The notes: generated from the letters alone by a model not told the origin. A DNA stretch of 62,922 bases, filler included, from Folioceros fuciformis (GCA_049999805.1; 3 parts of 3 records of this genome joined end to end with filler, not necessarily neighbours in it), one strand, 5' to 3'. Positions 1 through 12,030 are shown, counted from the first letter of the whole stretch. Numbers and translations: made by a program.

Positions 1-1038
1 AGCCGGTTCCGCCGCGCGGTGAGGCCCGCCCGCCGCGAGGAGCGGTAGAGTCGCGCAGGTCGCGGCCCGATTTCCGAGCGCGGGGCCCAGACCCTCGGGG
101 AGCCCAACTGCGCGTCACCGCCTTGTCGCGAGCAGTTGGCCGCGCGGTTCACCGCGCAGTGTGGCGCCGGTTACGGATCCCAACACGCCCAGTGCCAGCC
201 AGCCTGCCAGCTACATCCTTCCCCGCGCAACACCAAATCGCGAATCCGCACATCGCCCTTCGGTTCGGAATCCCGCATCATTCTGCCCTTAACCCGGGGG
301 ACCAAAGTACACACATACGCGTGCTGTACACCCATGTTGGGAACACGCTCTTAGGCTTTGATCATCCCCATGTACAGGTCCGTTCTTAATGATTCTTGGT
401 GTCCATTCACGGCATCCCGCCTGGCACCTCTTCATCACGCCGCAGCGCCTGATTTATGAGCGTTTGCGTAACAAATCGTATGATATTCATATTATAATCT
501 GGTACTGGTCTTGGTCCACCGCCTTCTTTGTCCCTCGGTGCAAGACGCAGGACTCGGGATATAACAGAATTTGACTTTCTGTTGGACTGCCCAGTGTGCC
601 TACAAACCTACCTACTGTGTGTACATACTCTCCAAGGGGCTGAGATCGAGAGGTCCATGGCACCAAACAAGAAGAGAAGCTGGCTCTTCACTCGACTGTA
701 CACTACACTACACTTCACTCCACTAACTGGACACCTCCAGAGCCAGCCAGCCCAAGCCAGCTCAAGCCACCTCGACATCCGAGGATTAGGTGTGAAGCCA
801 GACAATCACCAATTCATAGCACAAGTCCACCAGCCGAGTACTGTAGAAAGATGATCATAGCCGAGATCAAATCCGTCCTTCCTCAACTTTTGGTCAAATT
901 CTTGACAGGTGTGCGATGGCATATGTGAGCTTCCGATTGGGAGTGGCTGGAGGTGTGGTTTGACCCGGAAGCAGCGCAGCACTGTACAAGAGAGGGTGAG
1001 GAAATGGGGTGCAACTGGAAGAAGCCTTCTGTCTTACC

Positions 1039-1449
1039 ATGGCGGTGGGGAAAGCTTCGTGGGCCTCCTCAAGGAAGCCTGTGATGCTAGTGCTCCTGGT
1101 TTGCTTCCATGTGTGCGGAGGGCTCCTGGTGGAAGCAGGACGCGATGCTTGCAGCGTTGCCCCGCCGATCTTTCAGAATGCGTGCAACTGGGGTGCCCTG
1201 ACACCAAACTGTACCCTGACAGACGACGGATCTCTGCCTGTGACCTTGGGTCCGAAGACGGTGGACGCTCAGTGCTGCGAAACCATTTTGGAGGTGCCGG
1301 TGCACGTTTGCCTTTGCACCTTCCTAGGGTCGCCCCTGGACCGTCACGGGGTCTACGCCCGATGTAGGCACTTTTTAGGGAAGGACGCCTTCCGATGCGT
1401 GAACTGCACCGACCAGTTTCCGCCTTCTCCTCCTCCTTTTCGGTCTTAG
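1039..1449 (+). CDS. Secreted cysteine-rich protein, non-specific lipid transfer protein/prolamin-superfamily (8CM)-like
   Basis: Single-exon ORF from ATG 1039. Hydrophobic signal-like segment (VMLVLLVCFHVCGGLLVEA), then a C..C..C..CC..CLC..C..C..C pattern with the CC and CxC hallmarks of the eight-cysteine motif, and a Pro-rich tail PPSPPPFRS. Confidence 0.6.
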   Translation: MAVGKASWASSRKPVMLVLLVCFHVCGGLLVEAGRDACSVAPPIFQNACNWGALTPNCTLTDDGSLPVTLGPKTVDAQCCETILEVPVHVCLCTFLGSPLDRHGVYARCRHFLGKDAFRCVNCTDQFPPSPPPFRS

Positions 1450-1574
1450 GGCGCCGTAGACGCTGCCCTTGCCCTTCCAAGGGTGAAGGGTTGGCCTGTG
1501 GTGTACATTCGCTGAAGGGGTGTAGTAAATGGGGAAGATTGGACGCGTGGGGTCTCACTGGTCTCCAGTGAGAG

Positions 1575-3166
1575 TCACGCAGCATGTGCCTGCGTTGAGT
1601 GAGCATGATGCTGCGACAGTCTGCAAATTTCCTGCACGGAGTAGGGCGGTAGCATGTACTCGCCTGTGAGGAAAGCTTGGGCGATGTGGTAATTGAACGC
1701 GTCGGTCGCGTGCACCGAGTCCCATATCATGTACGAGTCCGGGTCCGGGCAGGAGTCCGCTGTGACCCAGGTGCCGTCCAAGTAGCCGCTTTCCCCGCAG
1801 TGCACCTCGTTACGGTAATTGTAAGGCGGCCCTCCAGCTCCGCAGCATGCTTCTATGGTGTGTGTCAGACCTGGTGCCAGGAAGGGAGGTTCGTGAGCAC
1901 ACGAGGAAAGGACGTTGAAGAGGGTGAATGCACAGGGGATCAAAGCTCTGCTCACCGTATTTGGATGGGTTTGTGACGGCGTCCCAGTAGATGCCGTACA
2001 TGTCGAACAGGAGCAGGTTGGCAGGCTGCAATTCTCCTCGCAGTTTGCTCAGCAGAAGCTCCAGCTCTGCGTTGTGGAGTTGCACAAGCTCGTTGTACTC
2101 AATCATGCAGCCATACTCATCTGTCTTGTCAGGAGGTGGCAGGAAGTTGGCGAGGATCACTGGCATGCAGCCTAAGGGCATCACGTTTGTCACCACAATG
2201 TTCCTGGCACCCGCGTCGTATAGGCCCTGCAGGAAACCCGACCATCAGTTCATACCCTTCGCAAACGCTTTTCAGACCTAGCCTGAGGGATGAGAAGGTG
2301 TTGGTTTTGCCTTGATTGCTGTCGCCATTGGAGTCATCACTGACCGAACGGTGGCCACGGGATCGAAATCGGGGGTCCTGAACGCCTTGTGCAGATAGTC
2401 ATTGTTGCCAATCTGAATGATGTAAATCCCTTCCCCTAGACGCTGCAAGGAAGGCAAGTAGCCAGTCGTGGAACCTGCTAGGTTTAGTCAGCACCGCGTG
2501 CATAGTCAGCAGCAGCCATTTTTCTCCACATGACGAGACGAACACTGTGACAAGTCACACACCTGACTCTTCTATGGAAGATCTGAACGCTCGAAACTGG
2601 TCAATCTGCACCAAGAGAGAAAACAGCCCGCTGCTCGAGCTCCCATCTCCCACAACCGTGGTATTCTCAGCAGTTGCACCAGACGACGCGAAGCCAACTC
2701 CAGGGATGAAATTTGCACCCACAGTCTTGAAGTATGGTTGGAGAAGGTCTTGCCCCAAAGCCTGTGCTGTTCACCATCGCCAATTGCGACAAGAGCCCAC
2801 AATAAACAACATTCGGATACTATCACACTCTGTTCCAAAGCTCAGGGCAATCAATACAAGAAGGGGAGATCGCCACACTGCTCACTAACACACGAAATCG
2901 ATGAAAAGGCGGCCATTGCTGAATCTCTGCATCGGCTTGCCGAAGTAGGCGATTCCATAGGGAGGGAACTCGGCGTACGATCGGAAGGGCATGCAGGCTG
3001 CATTCTGACCGACGTCCACAAGAGATGCGCCGAAGACGAACAGGGCAGGAGAGCAGTCAGAGAGAGCAGCAGCAGCAGATGACGTGCCAGTGTCGCCACT
3101 GGCCAGCCATCCAGGCGCAGCCGCCATCCACAGAGCTACGACCACGATCACCGTGCTCGGCGCCAT
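1575..3166 (-). CDS. GDSL/SGNH esterase-lipase, about 5 exons
   Basis: Signal peptide; block I LFVFGASLVDVGQN; PPYG..RFSNGRLFIDF; GVGFASSGA; block III IQIGNND (~2400-2420); block V IWDSVHATDAFN. Segments are joined by GT-AG introns. Confidence 0.93.
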
Positions 3167-3602
3167 GTCCCAGCTTGGTTCGTTGTGGGCACCAAGGGAG
3201 AGGTTCGAGCTTCTCAAGGCTTCACATTTCTCTTCAAGGCTCGACCTGCCACTGCCCGGTGCGGCGCCCGGGAATCATGTTGCTGTGAAGGTCTTTCTCG
3301 GGCCCACTTCACGAATGTCCATTAGTTTAGTCTGAAATCAAATTCCAGCCGAGAAGGAGAAGTCGAGGCTTGGTTGTGTTACATTTAATAGTGGGTGACG
3401 TTTGCTAGCATCAAGACCATGTTTGTGCTACATCACAAAGTCTTGCAGTGCTTGGAGTGAGGTATCATACGAGAAGAGGGTGCCCGAAAAGGGTTCAATT
3501 CATATGCACACAGACTTCCCAAGCTCCAGGCTGGGAAGGGCTTGTTTGCGGATAGGTTTCACAACAGGAAGCGAGCTTGCAAAGGTATCATCAGGATCCA
3601 GG

Positions 3603-4736
3603 TCATGAGGGAGGTGGGATGTCCTGAGTTGTGCTTTGAAACAGATCTACCATCCGCTGCGCCTCGAAGTACGACAAAACATTGATCCATCGTTCCTGAG
3701 TTTTGATTTGATGGATGAGGATGGTCTCAGGGACCAACTCATGAGAACACTGGCCCCCGAATTCAGGATGATCATAAAACAGAGGCTTCTTGTTCACACG
3801 ATTCTTAGCCTTCTTTCCTGCGTTGAACCAGTCTGCAATCAGTTGATCCTCTGTGCCCACACTATTTTCTCTGGGGATGGGCGACTTGTGTATCCATTGC
3901 ACCAGATCCCATGAGAGCACGTACCCCATGCCAGCCATGTACCAAGCATGGGGGTCGGTGTTTTCACAAGGAAGGATGTACCCATAATAGACATCTATCC
4001 TCGGTAGTCTGTACAGTGATCTTCCCAGATTATCAAGCCGCAAGTAAGAATCATCGTCTGACTTCATGACATAGTCGTACTTGGTGCCCTGAGCAGCAAG
4101 GGTGGAGAAGAACGTGAAAGACTTGCCGTTGTTGATGCTTTCTTCGCAGTCCAGAACAAGCACATCGTTGTAATGCAAAATTTCCATCCCCAGTAGGATC
4201 TTCTCCTCAGAATTCTTCACCCTCCCAACCACGAACTTGACAGTGACAAGTGCATGCTCCGAGTGTTGAACCCCATATGCAAGTCGCAGCAAATTCCGGC
4301 GCTCTGCCCTGGGAGCAGTTGTGAAGATGCCGATCAAGATGCTCACCTTTTTGTGACTAAAGTAACCAGCTCTGCTCCTCACCACGGCACTGCCACCGTG
4401 ACTGGGAGGGCAGCTGCAATCCACTGTCACTTGACTGGCTTCAATTCGGATGTGGGCGTGGTCACGCCCCTCTGCTTCCACAACCACATGTGTGCGGTTC
4501 AGCTCAGGTACTGTGACAGCCTGTGATTGCACAAGGCTCCTCTGCTGGCCATCCGTCCCTCCTCCCACATACTCCTGCTTCTGATGATCACACACAACGT
4601 CCTGAATGATGCCCCGGAATAGGGCAGGGCTGAGCAGCATGGACATGCACAGCAGAACCCCTGTGAGCATGACCATCGCTCCCACTGCGCACAGAGTCAT
4701 GTTGTCACTCTTGCCATGGCGTCGGAAGCTAGGCAT
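3603..4736 (-). CDS. Glycosyltransferase family 31 (beta-1,3-galactosyltransferase-like), intronless
   Basis: Type II membrane anchor, ILIGIFT..RRNLLRLAY, YDYVMKSDDDSY (DxD), YMAGMGYVLSWDLV, EDQ. The first ATG is at 4736; the ORF track start at 4919 is not an ATG. Confidence 0.9.
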   Translation of the reverse strand: MPSFRRHGKSDNMTLCAVGAMVMLTGVLLCMSMLLSPALFRGIIQDVVCDHQKQEYVGGGTDGQQRSLVQSQAVTVPELNRTHVVVEAEGRDHAHIRIEASQVTVDCSCPPSHGGSAVVRSRAGYFSHKKVSILIGIFTTAPRAERRNLLRLAYGVQHSEHALVTVKFVVGRVKNSEEKILLGMEILHYNDVLVLDCEESINNGKSFTFFSTLAAQGTKYDYVMKSDDDSYLRLDNLGRSLYRLPRIDVYYGYILPCENTDPHAWYMAGMGYVLSWDLVQWIHKSPIPRENSVGTEDQLIADWFNAGKKAKNRVNKKPLFYDHPEFGGQCSHELVPETILIHQIKTQERWINVLSYFEAQRMVDLFQSTTQDIPPPS

Positions 4737-5110
4737 GGCAAGTGGGCGGCTTATGAAACTCAAGCAGACAATCGAAGCTACAACCAACAGACACACGACC
4801 TCCCAGGGCCACAGATCCGGTTTCAGAACAACACAAGCCTTCCAAAAGACACCCCAGTTGCATCTGCACTGCTCCTGAGCAACAACACATAAGCACACAA
4901 GAGAACAGCCGACACACAAAACGCGTAACGTTCTTGAAACAGATCACCAAAGAAAACATGGAAGGTACCAGTTCTTGAACTGGCCGTTACTAGGAACAAT
5001 TTAACGCGGGGTTCGCCCCCGGGTAAGCGACTCTGGCTCAAGTCGATTATTTCAGACAACCACCAGCTCAGATTTAAAGATGCGAGCAAGTGTTACAATC
5101 AGGACAGAGG

Positions 5111-6205
5111 CTAGGTAGCCCTGTTAGAGTTCCAGGTAGAATACAACCACGGCAGGTGAGTCAGATACATGCCAAAGTAGAGAGTCCACACTACCATGAG
5201 CAGCTTCAAAGTGAGGGCCAAAAACAATCCTCCACCCAAGGCACCAACCAGCTCCATTCCTCGTGCCAGCTGCCGAAACCTGTAGACGGTGTAGAGAATC
5301 GGGACAAGGGGGTAGCTGGGAAGACGGTCACCAGACAAGAGCTTCTCATACGCAAGCTGCACAAAGATGAGGGCCAAATAGGGACCAAGAACAGGTAGAG
5401 CAACCAACAGCTTGCCGACAAAAAGGGAAGCCAAGAGAGCAAAGGCAGCCACTCCAACTCCAGCATACGTGAGGTAGTTCTGAAAATCAGGCAAGCCCTT
5501 CGGGTATCCGGTATACTCCCAAGGACCTATCCAGGGAGCAGGACCACCCGGGACGGTCTGGTGGTGGCCAGCCTTGTCTGCCAACACCAAGAAGAGGTCC
5601 GCCGACATGACAAATAGAATGTCGAGCCCGAAGGACGCTGCCAGCCCCACCAAATACGATTGCTGAAGCAGGTCGATGAGCGGAACCACAATTCCGGGCA
5701 GCACGATCACGGAAGTAGCCAAAAGAGGCCCTACCAGCCACGTATACCCTGCCTGCTTCTCAATGTAGCCCATCACCTTGCTCCGCACCGAGCCCTGCCT
5801 CTGCAACCGAGGTCTCCGCTCCCTGTCCTTCTCCCTGGCCTTGGCCGGCTCCCCGACGGTATCCCCATTCTGCGCCGTGGTCACGCAGGAGTAGATNNNN
5901 NNNNNNNNNNNNNNNNNNNNNNNNNNNNNNNNNNNNNNNNNNNNNNNNNNNNNNNNNNNNNNNNNNNNNNNNNNNNNNNNNNNNNNNNNNNNNNNNGCCG
6001 AGCCCCTCCTCCTGGTCTGCTGCCACTCCGAGTCCGAGAGCGCGCTCCCCTGGTGCCGCCTGCCGCAGCTCACCCGCGAGACGGAGGACGAGGCGTAGAA
6101 GGCCGGGCTGGAGGCCATCCGCGAGCCCGAGGTGGAGACCAAGACATCGTACGGGACCGGGCTGGAATGCAGCACCGCGGATCTCATGCAAGCCCATTCC
6201 ATCAT
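5111..6205 (-). CDS. Conserved plant multi-pass membrane protein, probably plastid-targeted (AT5G63040/AT1G48460-like family); interrupted by an N gap
   Basis: Ser/Arg-rich N-terminus, several hydrophobic helices, and the motif PYLALIFVQLAYE..PSYPLVPILYTVYRFRQLARG recalled as typical of this family. The family assignment is from memory. Confidence 0.65.
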   Translation of the reverse strand: MMEWACMRSAVLHSSPVPYDVLVSTSGSRMASSPAFYASSSVSRVSCGRRHQGSALSDSEWQQTRRRGSXXXXXXXXXXXXXXXXXXXXXXXXXXXXXXXXXXIYSCVTTAQNGDTVGEPAKAREKDRERRPRLQRQGSVRSKVMGYIEKQAGYTWLVGPLLATSVIVLPGIVVPLIDLLQQSYLVGLAASFGLDILFVMSADLFLVLADKAGHHQTVPGGPAPWIGPWEYTGYPKGLPDFQNYLTYAGVGVAAFALLASLFVGKLLVALPVLGPYLALIFVQLAYEKLLSGDRLPSYPLVPILYTVYRFRQLARGMELVGALGGGLFLALTLKLLMVVWTLYFGMYLTHLPWLYSTWNSNRAT

Positions 6206-7244
6206 GCGTGATGTTGGCGCTCAACCAGGTCCCCGTCCCGGCAGCTCCGTGTGCCAGATTCAGTGCAGAGCAGCACGAATTGCGCCCGCCCGGCTGGATC
6301 TGCCTTCCTCTCCCCCCTTCCCTCGGCGGCACCGTGGTTCCCCCAGGTGGCTGCGAGAGGCGATGCAGCACTTGGACGCAGCACGCTGGCTGTCTGTCAT
6401 TCGATGCACCAGTTGGAAGCAGGACACGAGCCCGCGGCTGCTTGGCCCATCCGGGGCGCGAGGTTCCTCCTCCTTCGCCTTGAAGCAACAGGACTCGCAA
6501 AGCGCAGTTCAATGTGAAGCGGTGTATAAGAGACAGGGCTAAGACGTTCCTGCCCTAACCTGGCCTTACCGCGTTGCACCTCCTTTGGTACGCTGCGCGT
6601 ACAATATGTACATGATGGTGTTCGTAGACCAGGTGCCTGGAGGCTTTCGAAGCGCATGGATTCGACTGGGCGGAGTTGTGCTCCCTTCGTTCAAGGTTCG
6701 ACAGTCTATTCTATGACATCTACGAACATGTCTTGCCCATGTGATGGATGGTCATTGGAAATTGTCCGCTGACTATCGTCCTCAGTAATTATGGATGGGG
6801 TGCTGTCCGGCTGCACAAAAGCTAAATAAAAAACTATATAAATATAATTTAATAAAATATCTTTTACATTCTATTTTATAGATAATAAAAAAAACTTAAC
6901 TGTAATTTATTTTCAAAATGAATTAATCTGCTTAGGGTGAGTGGCTTTTGAGAGGGGTAACTTATTTAGGGAACATCGACGCGTGTCTGATATGAGTCTT
7001 CTTGTGTGTTGTATCTACGTGGATGTCGGAAAGGCATATTAAGGTCTAAGTTTACAGTACTCTATTACTTCTATCATTTATTAGGTACTTCAGGTTTACT
7101 ACTACGGGCGCCATAGACTGAAGACGTGAGGCATACGTATAAGCATCTAATTTTTAAATTTTTCATCCTACATGGGCTTGGATAAGAAATTGTCGGCGGA
7201 CTTGTGACGAAAACAGGTGGTGCCTGGTCACACTCGCACTGCGA

Positions 7245-8589
7245 CTAACGAAGAGCAGTTTGCGCGGTAGGTAAGGTCTTCGCGCAATGCACGGCCCGCT
7301 GTTGCGCTGTCGTGCCTGAGACACAAAGCAAACAAGCCTGGGATTAGAATGTATGGGACCGGCGGCCACATCACCGAATTCACATAGTGGCGGAGTCACT
7401 TACAGAGCGTTGCGTAGCATGGCTGATTCCCGGCAGGGTCTTCTCCTTCCGGTGGCGGATGTTCACCGTACAACATCTCGCAGCTCATGTCCTCGAAGTC
7501 TACGCCACCACGAGCAACGAGAACGGCGGTAAGGCGGAGAAATGTAGCGAAAGTGGGTTAAACAAGGAAATCCTTAGCAATGGCAGTTGGCGCGTGACTC
7601 ACTAGGTTTCATGTAGAGGGGCACGCCGAAGGAGGAGGAGATGAATTCTTGCGAAGGGACCTTGCAAAGGTTGACGCACATCCCCACACAATTGCTGGAC
7701 TCCAAGAATCTGCACTTCTTGATTTTCACGCCACTCCACTGTTGCACGCCGTCCACCTCTCTCTCGATAGTCTACACATGTACTCAAGCCCTAGGCGGTG
7801 AAGTGAAGTTCGGATCGAGATGAAGTTTTGGAAACTGGCGGCGAGTCAGATCTCTCACCTCTGCAGGCCCCACGAGCCACTGGAAGAAAATAGACGTGCT
7901 CAGGGCGTAGTACTCGCAAGCAAGTTTTCTGGACACCATGGAAAACAGCATCCGAGCCTGTAACCAGGATCGCGACCACATGCTCAGTGATGAGTCTCCG
8001 GGACACAACACATGTTCAAGGTACGCCTCAGTGAAGAAAGCTGAAGAAAACTGCACGACCAATACCAGCTTGAAAACGAAGGGAGGGACAGATGCCTCAA
8101 GCACGCTGGTGACGATGAAGCGCTGCTCCAGCGGGCTCCTGCCTCGCACAATCCGCTTTGATATGTCCACAAAGGCGTCATATCCCTTCTCATCCGTGGT
8201 CTCGCCTGCAGGCAACAAGAAGCAGCTCCCAGTGCAGTCGGCACACTCGCAGGCTTTCACAATCTTCCACCGTCTCGCATCTCAATTGACGCGCACTTAC
8301 CGCTGGTCTCGCTCATTTTTGACACCATGTAACGAATGACAAGTCGCTCCCACCATGCATCTTCGTACTGAGACACCTTTCCCATCGGAGCTGACTCTCC
8401 GATTATTCGGCATCTCACACCAAACCGTCTCTTGCCGCTCTGGAGCTCGCTCAATCGACTGCCATCCCACCGCTTCGTAGACAGTTGCGAGGCAAATTGA
8501 GGCTGCAACAGCCTCAACGAACCTCCTTCAGGCCCGAAGCAGCCGGCGACAGGGGATGGATAACGGATCCCGGTCTGTGAGCAGATCAT
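7245..8589 (-). CDS. D27: Beta-carotene isomerase D27-like (DUF4033), 6 exons
   Basis: Transit-peptide-like N-terminus, [59 protein letters not shown], then spliced [21 protein letters not shown] (~7403-7500) and a last exon ending TAG at 7245-7247. Confidence 0.92.
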
Positions 8590-9768
8590 GACTCCTCAAC
8601 CAAGCAGTCAATTGAGCTGCGGTCCCCTCCGCCAAACACACCCTTGTACTACCACTTGTCGCGACCACACAGCAAGTCTCGACTGGATCCACGCTTTGTC
8701 GCAAACCTACATCCGCAATTCAGGGATGCCGGCCTGCCGTAATTCACGAAGATTTGTGCAAGCTCGGGCTTGCCACAGAACGAGGAGTATCAGTCCGTGC
8801 ATCGAGCAACTGCCAACAATTCAAGCAACCGCGTCCAAGTTGAAGCAAACTTGAGCGTGGCCTGGCCAGACTGATCCCCTCCCTACGCGCCACGCGAAAA
8901 GTCTTACAGCCAGACCGACTCGCGAGCTCAACCGGATCTCGAGAGCGCGAGCAAGCAGAGAAGAGAAGGAAACAAAAGAAGTTGTTGGAGTTTGAGAGTC
9001 GTGGAGGCCGGCCGTGGCGTTTCCGTTGAGCTCGTGTGCTGCCAACTCAGGCAAGATTTACTCCGCTCGGCCAGGCTGCGCCTGCTCAGCCCGCAGTTTT
9101 GTAGGACACGCTACCTGGCAGCCGACATGCCGTCAGTAGCCCGGGCGAGGCAGTGAAGTTGTGAAAACAGCATCCGACGACATACACGCCGTGGCGACTT
9201 CTGGAGGGGCCAGCCGCTGGTCTGTGTCGTCTTGCGATACAGACGCCGGCATCCGGACGCTTTCGAAGGCTTTGCTTCCATCCAAGATTTCTCCATGTCA
9301 TTGACCTTTCCAGCCTAGTGGATGCTCCTCTTCCAAGTTTCAGAATCTTGTCGTTAAAAACTTTACCAACAAGCCATTTACCTTTACGTACACTAGAACC
9401 TAGGATGCACGATATGTGGCCCCGGACTCCGTCGATGAACTCATGAGCCCACCACGGGAGCCACTCCCAGCTTGCTGTGCTGGCGAAATGGCAATGGAGT
9501 TTCGCCCTGATCTTGGCACTGTGTTAACCATACCACAGCTTTGTCTCCATGTTATCACTGTAGGGCAGGGAAGAATCGTTAACGTTTGACGTTTCGTTTT
9601 GTTATTATCTGGCAGGAAATTCCTGGAAAGGATCAGCGGTCGCTGTGTATGCAATTGATTTCCTGAGCAATTGTACTCGTTGTGAGTTTCTCTGCCTGAA
9701 TGATGCATCTACACCAGCAGCAGACGCAGTTCACGACAGAGAGAGCGGGAGGAATGCTCTAGGGCTAC

Positions 9769-11226
9769 ATGGCGGATGCAGGTGCTCCTCTCATGTGTCC
9801 GAAACACGAAGCGCATAAGGCTCGTATTTCATTTTTATTACGGCTGTTGTCTGATGGTGGGACGGTCATTGTAGAGGAGAAATTCCTTCGAATTGTGCAC
9901 AAATTTTGTGGGAAAACATCACTGGAGTTGCTGCGGGATGAGGACAGTGCATCGCCGATTTCCACTCTCTGTAAAGACCTGGATGAAGTTCTGGGCGGTG
10001 GCATTCGAACCAAAGAAGTGACTGAAGTATGTGAGTGTCGATTCATCTTTCTTCCCTTTCCGAGTTCTGTAGCTTGCTTCAGAATTGAGAGTGTCTGTCT
10101 TTCTTGTGTGACCGTGAATGCACTTGGCTGGCTAGGTGGTGTTCCAGGAATCGGCAAGACTCAACTTGGGTATCTCTACTTGGGCACATAGAGGCAGGCT
10201 GGGTTGTGGGCAGGCCCTCCCACTGACGTCTTGGTTTGCTGTTCTTCAGGATTCAGCTTGCCATTAACGTGCAGGTTCCTAGGCAATTAGGGGGGCTTGA
10301 CGGACACGCTGTCTACATAGGTATATTTTTCGACACAGGCTTGTCCAAAGTCATGACCCCTTTCGGATTTCTTCAGGTTTGTCACTGTTTGGCTGGTCTG
10401 TTGGTAGACTCTGAAGGCAGCTTTATGGTGGAGAGGGCGTTGCAAATGGCTGCTGGGTGTATCGAGCTTCTGAGGACACCTTCGCAGGCAGTGACAGACA
10501 TGCCTTCAGTTGCCGAAGAGTTTCTGAAGCACATCTACCATTACCGTGTCCAAGACAGTTTTGAGCAACAGGCTGTTCTATACAATCTCAGGAAGTTTTT
10601 GGCCACGCATGTCCAGGTGGAGCCACCTCTACCGACTGAGCCTGATCTTGACTGTCGCTACAAGTCTCCCATCTGATTGTGTGCTTGCAGGTCAAGTTGG
10701 TTGTGGTTGACAGCTTGACATTCCATTTTCGCCAAGACTACGAGGACATGGGTGCCAGAACTCGCATTCTCAGTCAAACCGCTCAGGATCTTATGCAGCT
10801 ATCTCAAGAGCATGACATTGCGGTATGCTGTCTTGTCTTGTCATGTCATTTGGGGTTCATGAATTATTATCACATGGTCGAGACTGACATGTCATAAACA
10901 CCACTGCAGGTCGTTTTGGTGAACCAAGTCTCTCACAGAGTCTCCGGCCAATCCTCGAGATTGGTGCCTGTCTTAGGTTTGGACTCATCTCGAATCCAAT
11001 TTCTTCTCCTCTATCATATGGCATTTCTAACAGTGATTTTCTCTAAGCAGGTGACACCTGGTCACATTCCTGCACGAATCGACTGATGCTGTACTGGATA
11101 GATGGGTGTCGATATGCACACCTTTACAAATCACCATCTCTACCACCAGCCACAGCTGCCTTCGAAGTGAGAATGGAGGGCATAAGGAACTGCACCAGAA
11201 TTGCCGAGATATCCCCAGAGCTTTGA
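9769..11226 (+). CDS. RAD51C: DNA repair protein RAD51 homolog 3 (RAD51C), multi-exon; 5' end uncertain
   Basis: [56 protein letters not shown] (Walker A), VKLVVVDSLTFHFRQD (Walker B), GDTWSHSCTNRLMLYW..RYAHLYKSPS; stop TGA at 11224-11226. Confidence 0.92.
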
Positions 11227-12030
11227 CTGTGGCAATCCCAGAAAGGATCACACGCGGGTAGCGAATGCTCCACGTTATCTTCTGCTGGTGGGAAGTTACT
11301 GCCTGCCGCTCCGCTCCGCGTGCTTGTTTCTCGACTCTCGTGACTTTTGCACCAGTACTGAAGAACCAGCAACCACTTCTTTCCTTCTAACGATGCAACA
11401 AAGCCGTCTTGAACAACCAGATACACTCCCAAGATCTTCCCAACAAACATAGTATATACGTTGGACCCTCGGATCCAAGGTTCCTTCTCGAAGATGCCTT
11501 AGCTTGGCATCTCTAGTGAACGGAACCGAAAGGCCTGGAAGTCAGCCAATGCTGATTTTTGAGTGCCTCATTTGCAGCAGCTGCTGCCTACGACAGCCAC
11601 GGGAAACAAATATGTACATGGCCAAGGCCCTGCAAATAGGGAAGTCCTAACGAGTTATTTTCATTCTCCAAACAGCCCTAGAGGAAGTTGGGACAAGGAA
11701 CTGCGGGAGCAATCGGCGGGCCGGGATCATTCTCAGGTCTGGTCAATGTGGTTGAGCTTGCTGCAGCGTGGATTGATGTCTGTGTGGTCGGCAGTGTCTT
11801 GATTCCGGTCACACAGCAGTTCTCCCTGTGGAGGCGTTCAGTATCGGGACAACAGCCAGTGGCAACCACTGTGATAGCTGTGAGCTCGACCGGGTGTGTC
11901 TGTGTGTGTGCTGCTCGGATCAGGGGGTGTGGTGTCGTACTGCGAAACGATTTTATGAGGATTACGCGGCTGCGTCAGACAGCGTGGTGGCCGTCTGATG
12001 CACCTGTGGTTGTGATGCAGGCTGGTTGAT

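Noticed and set aside
6820-6930. AT-rich island as a MITE
   Set aside because: No terminal inverted repeats or target-site duplication could be identified by eye.
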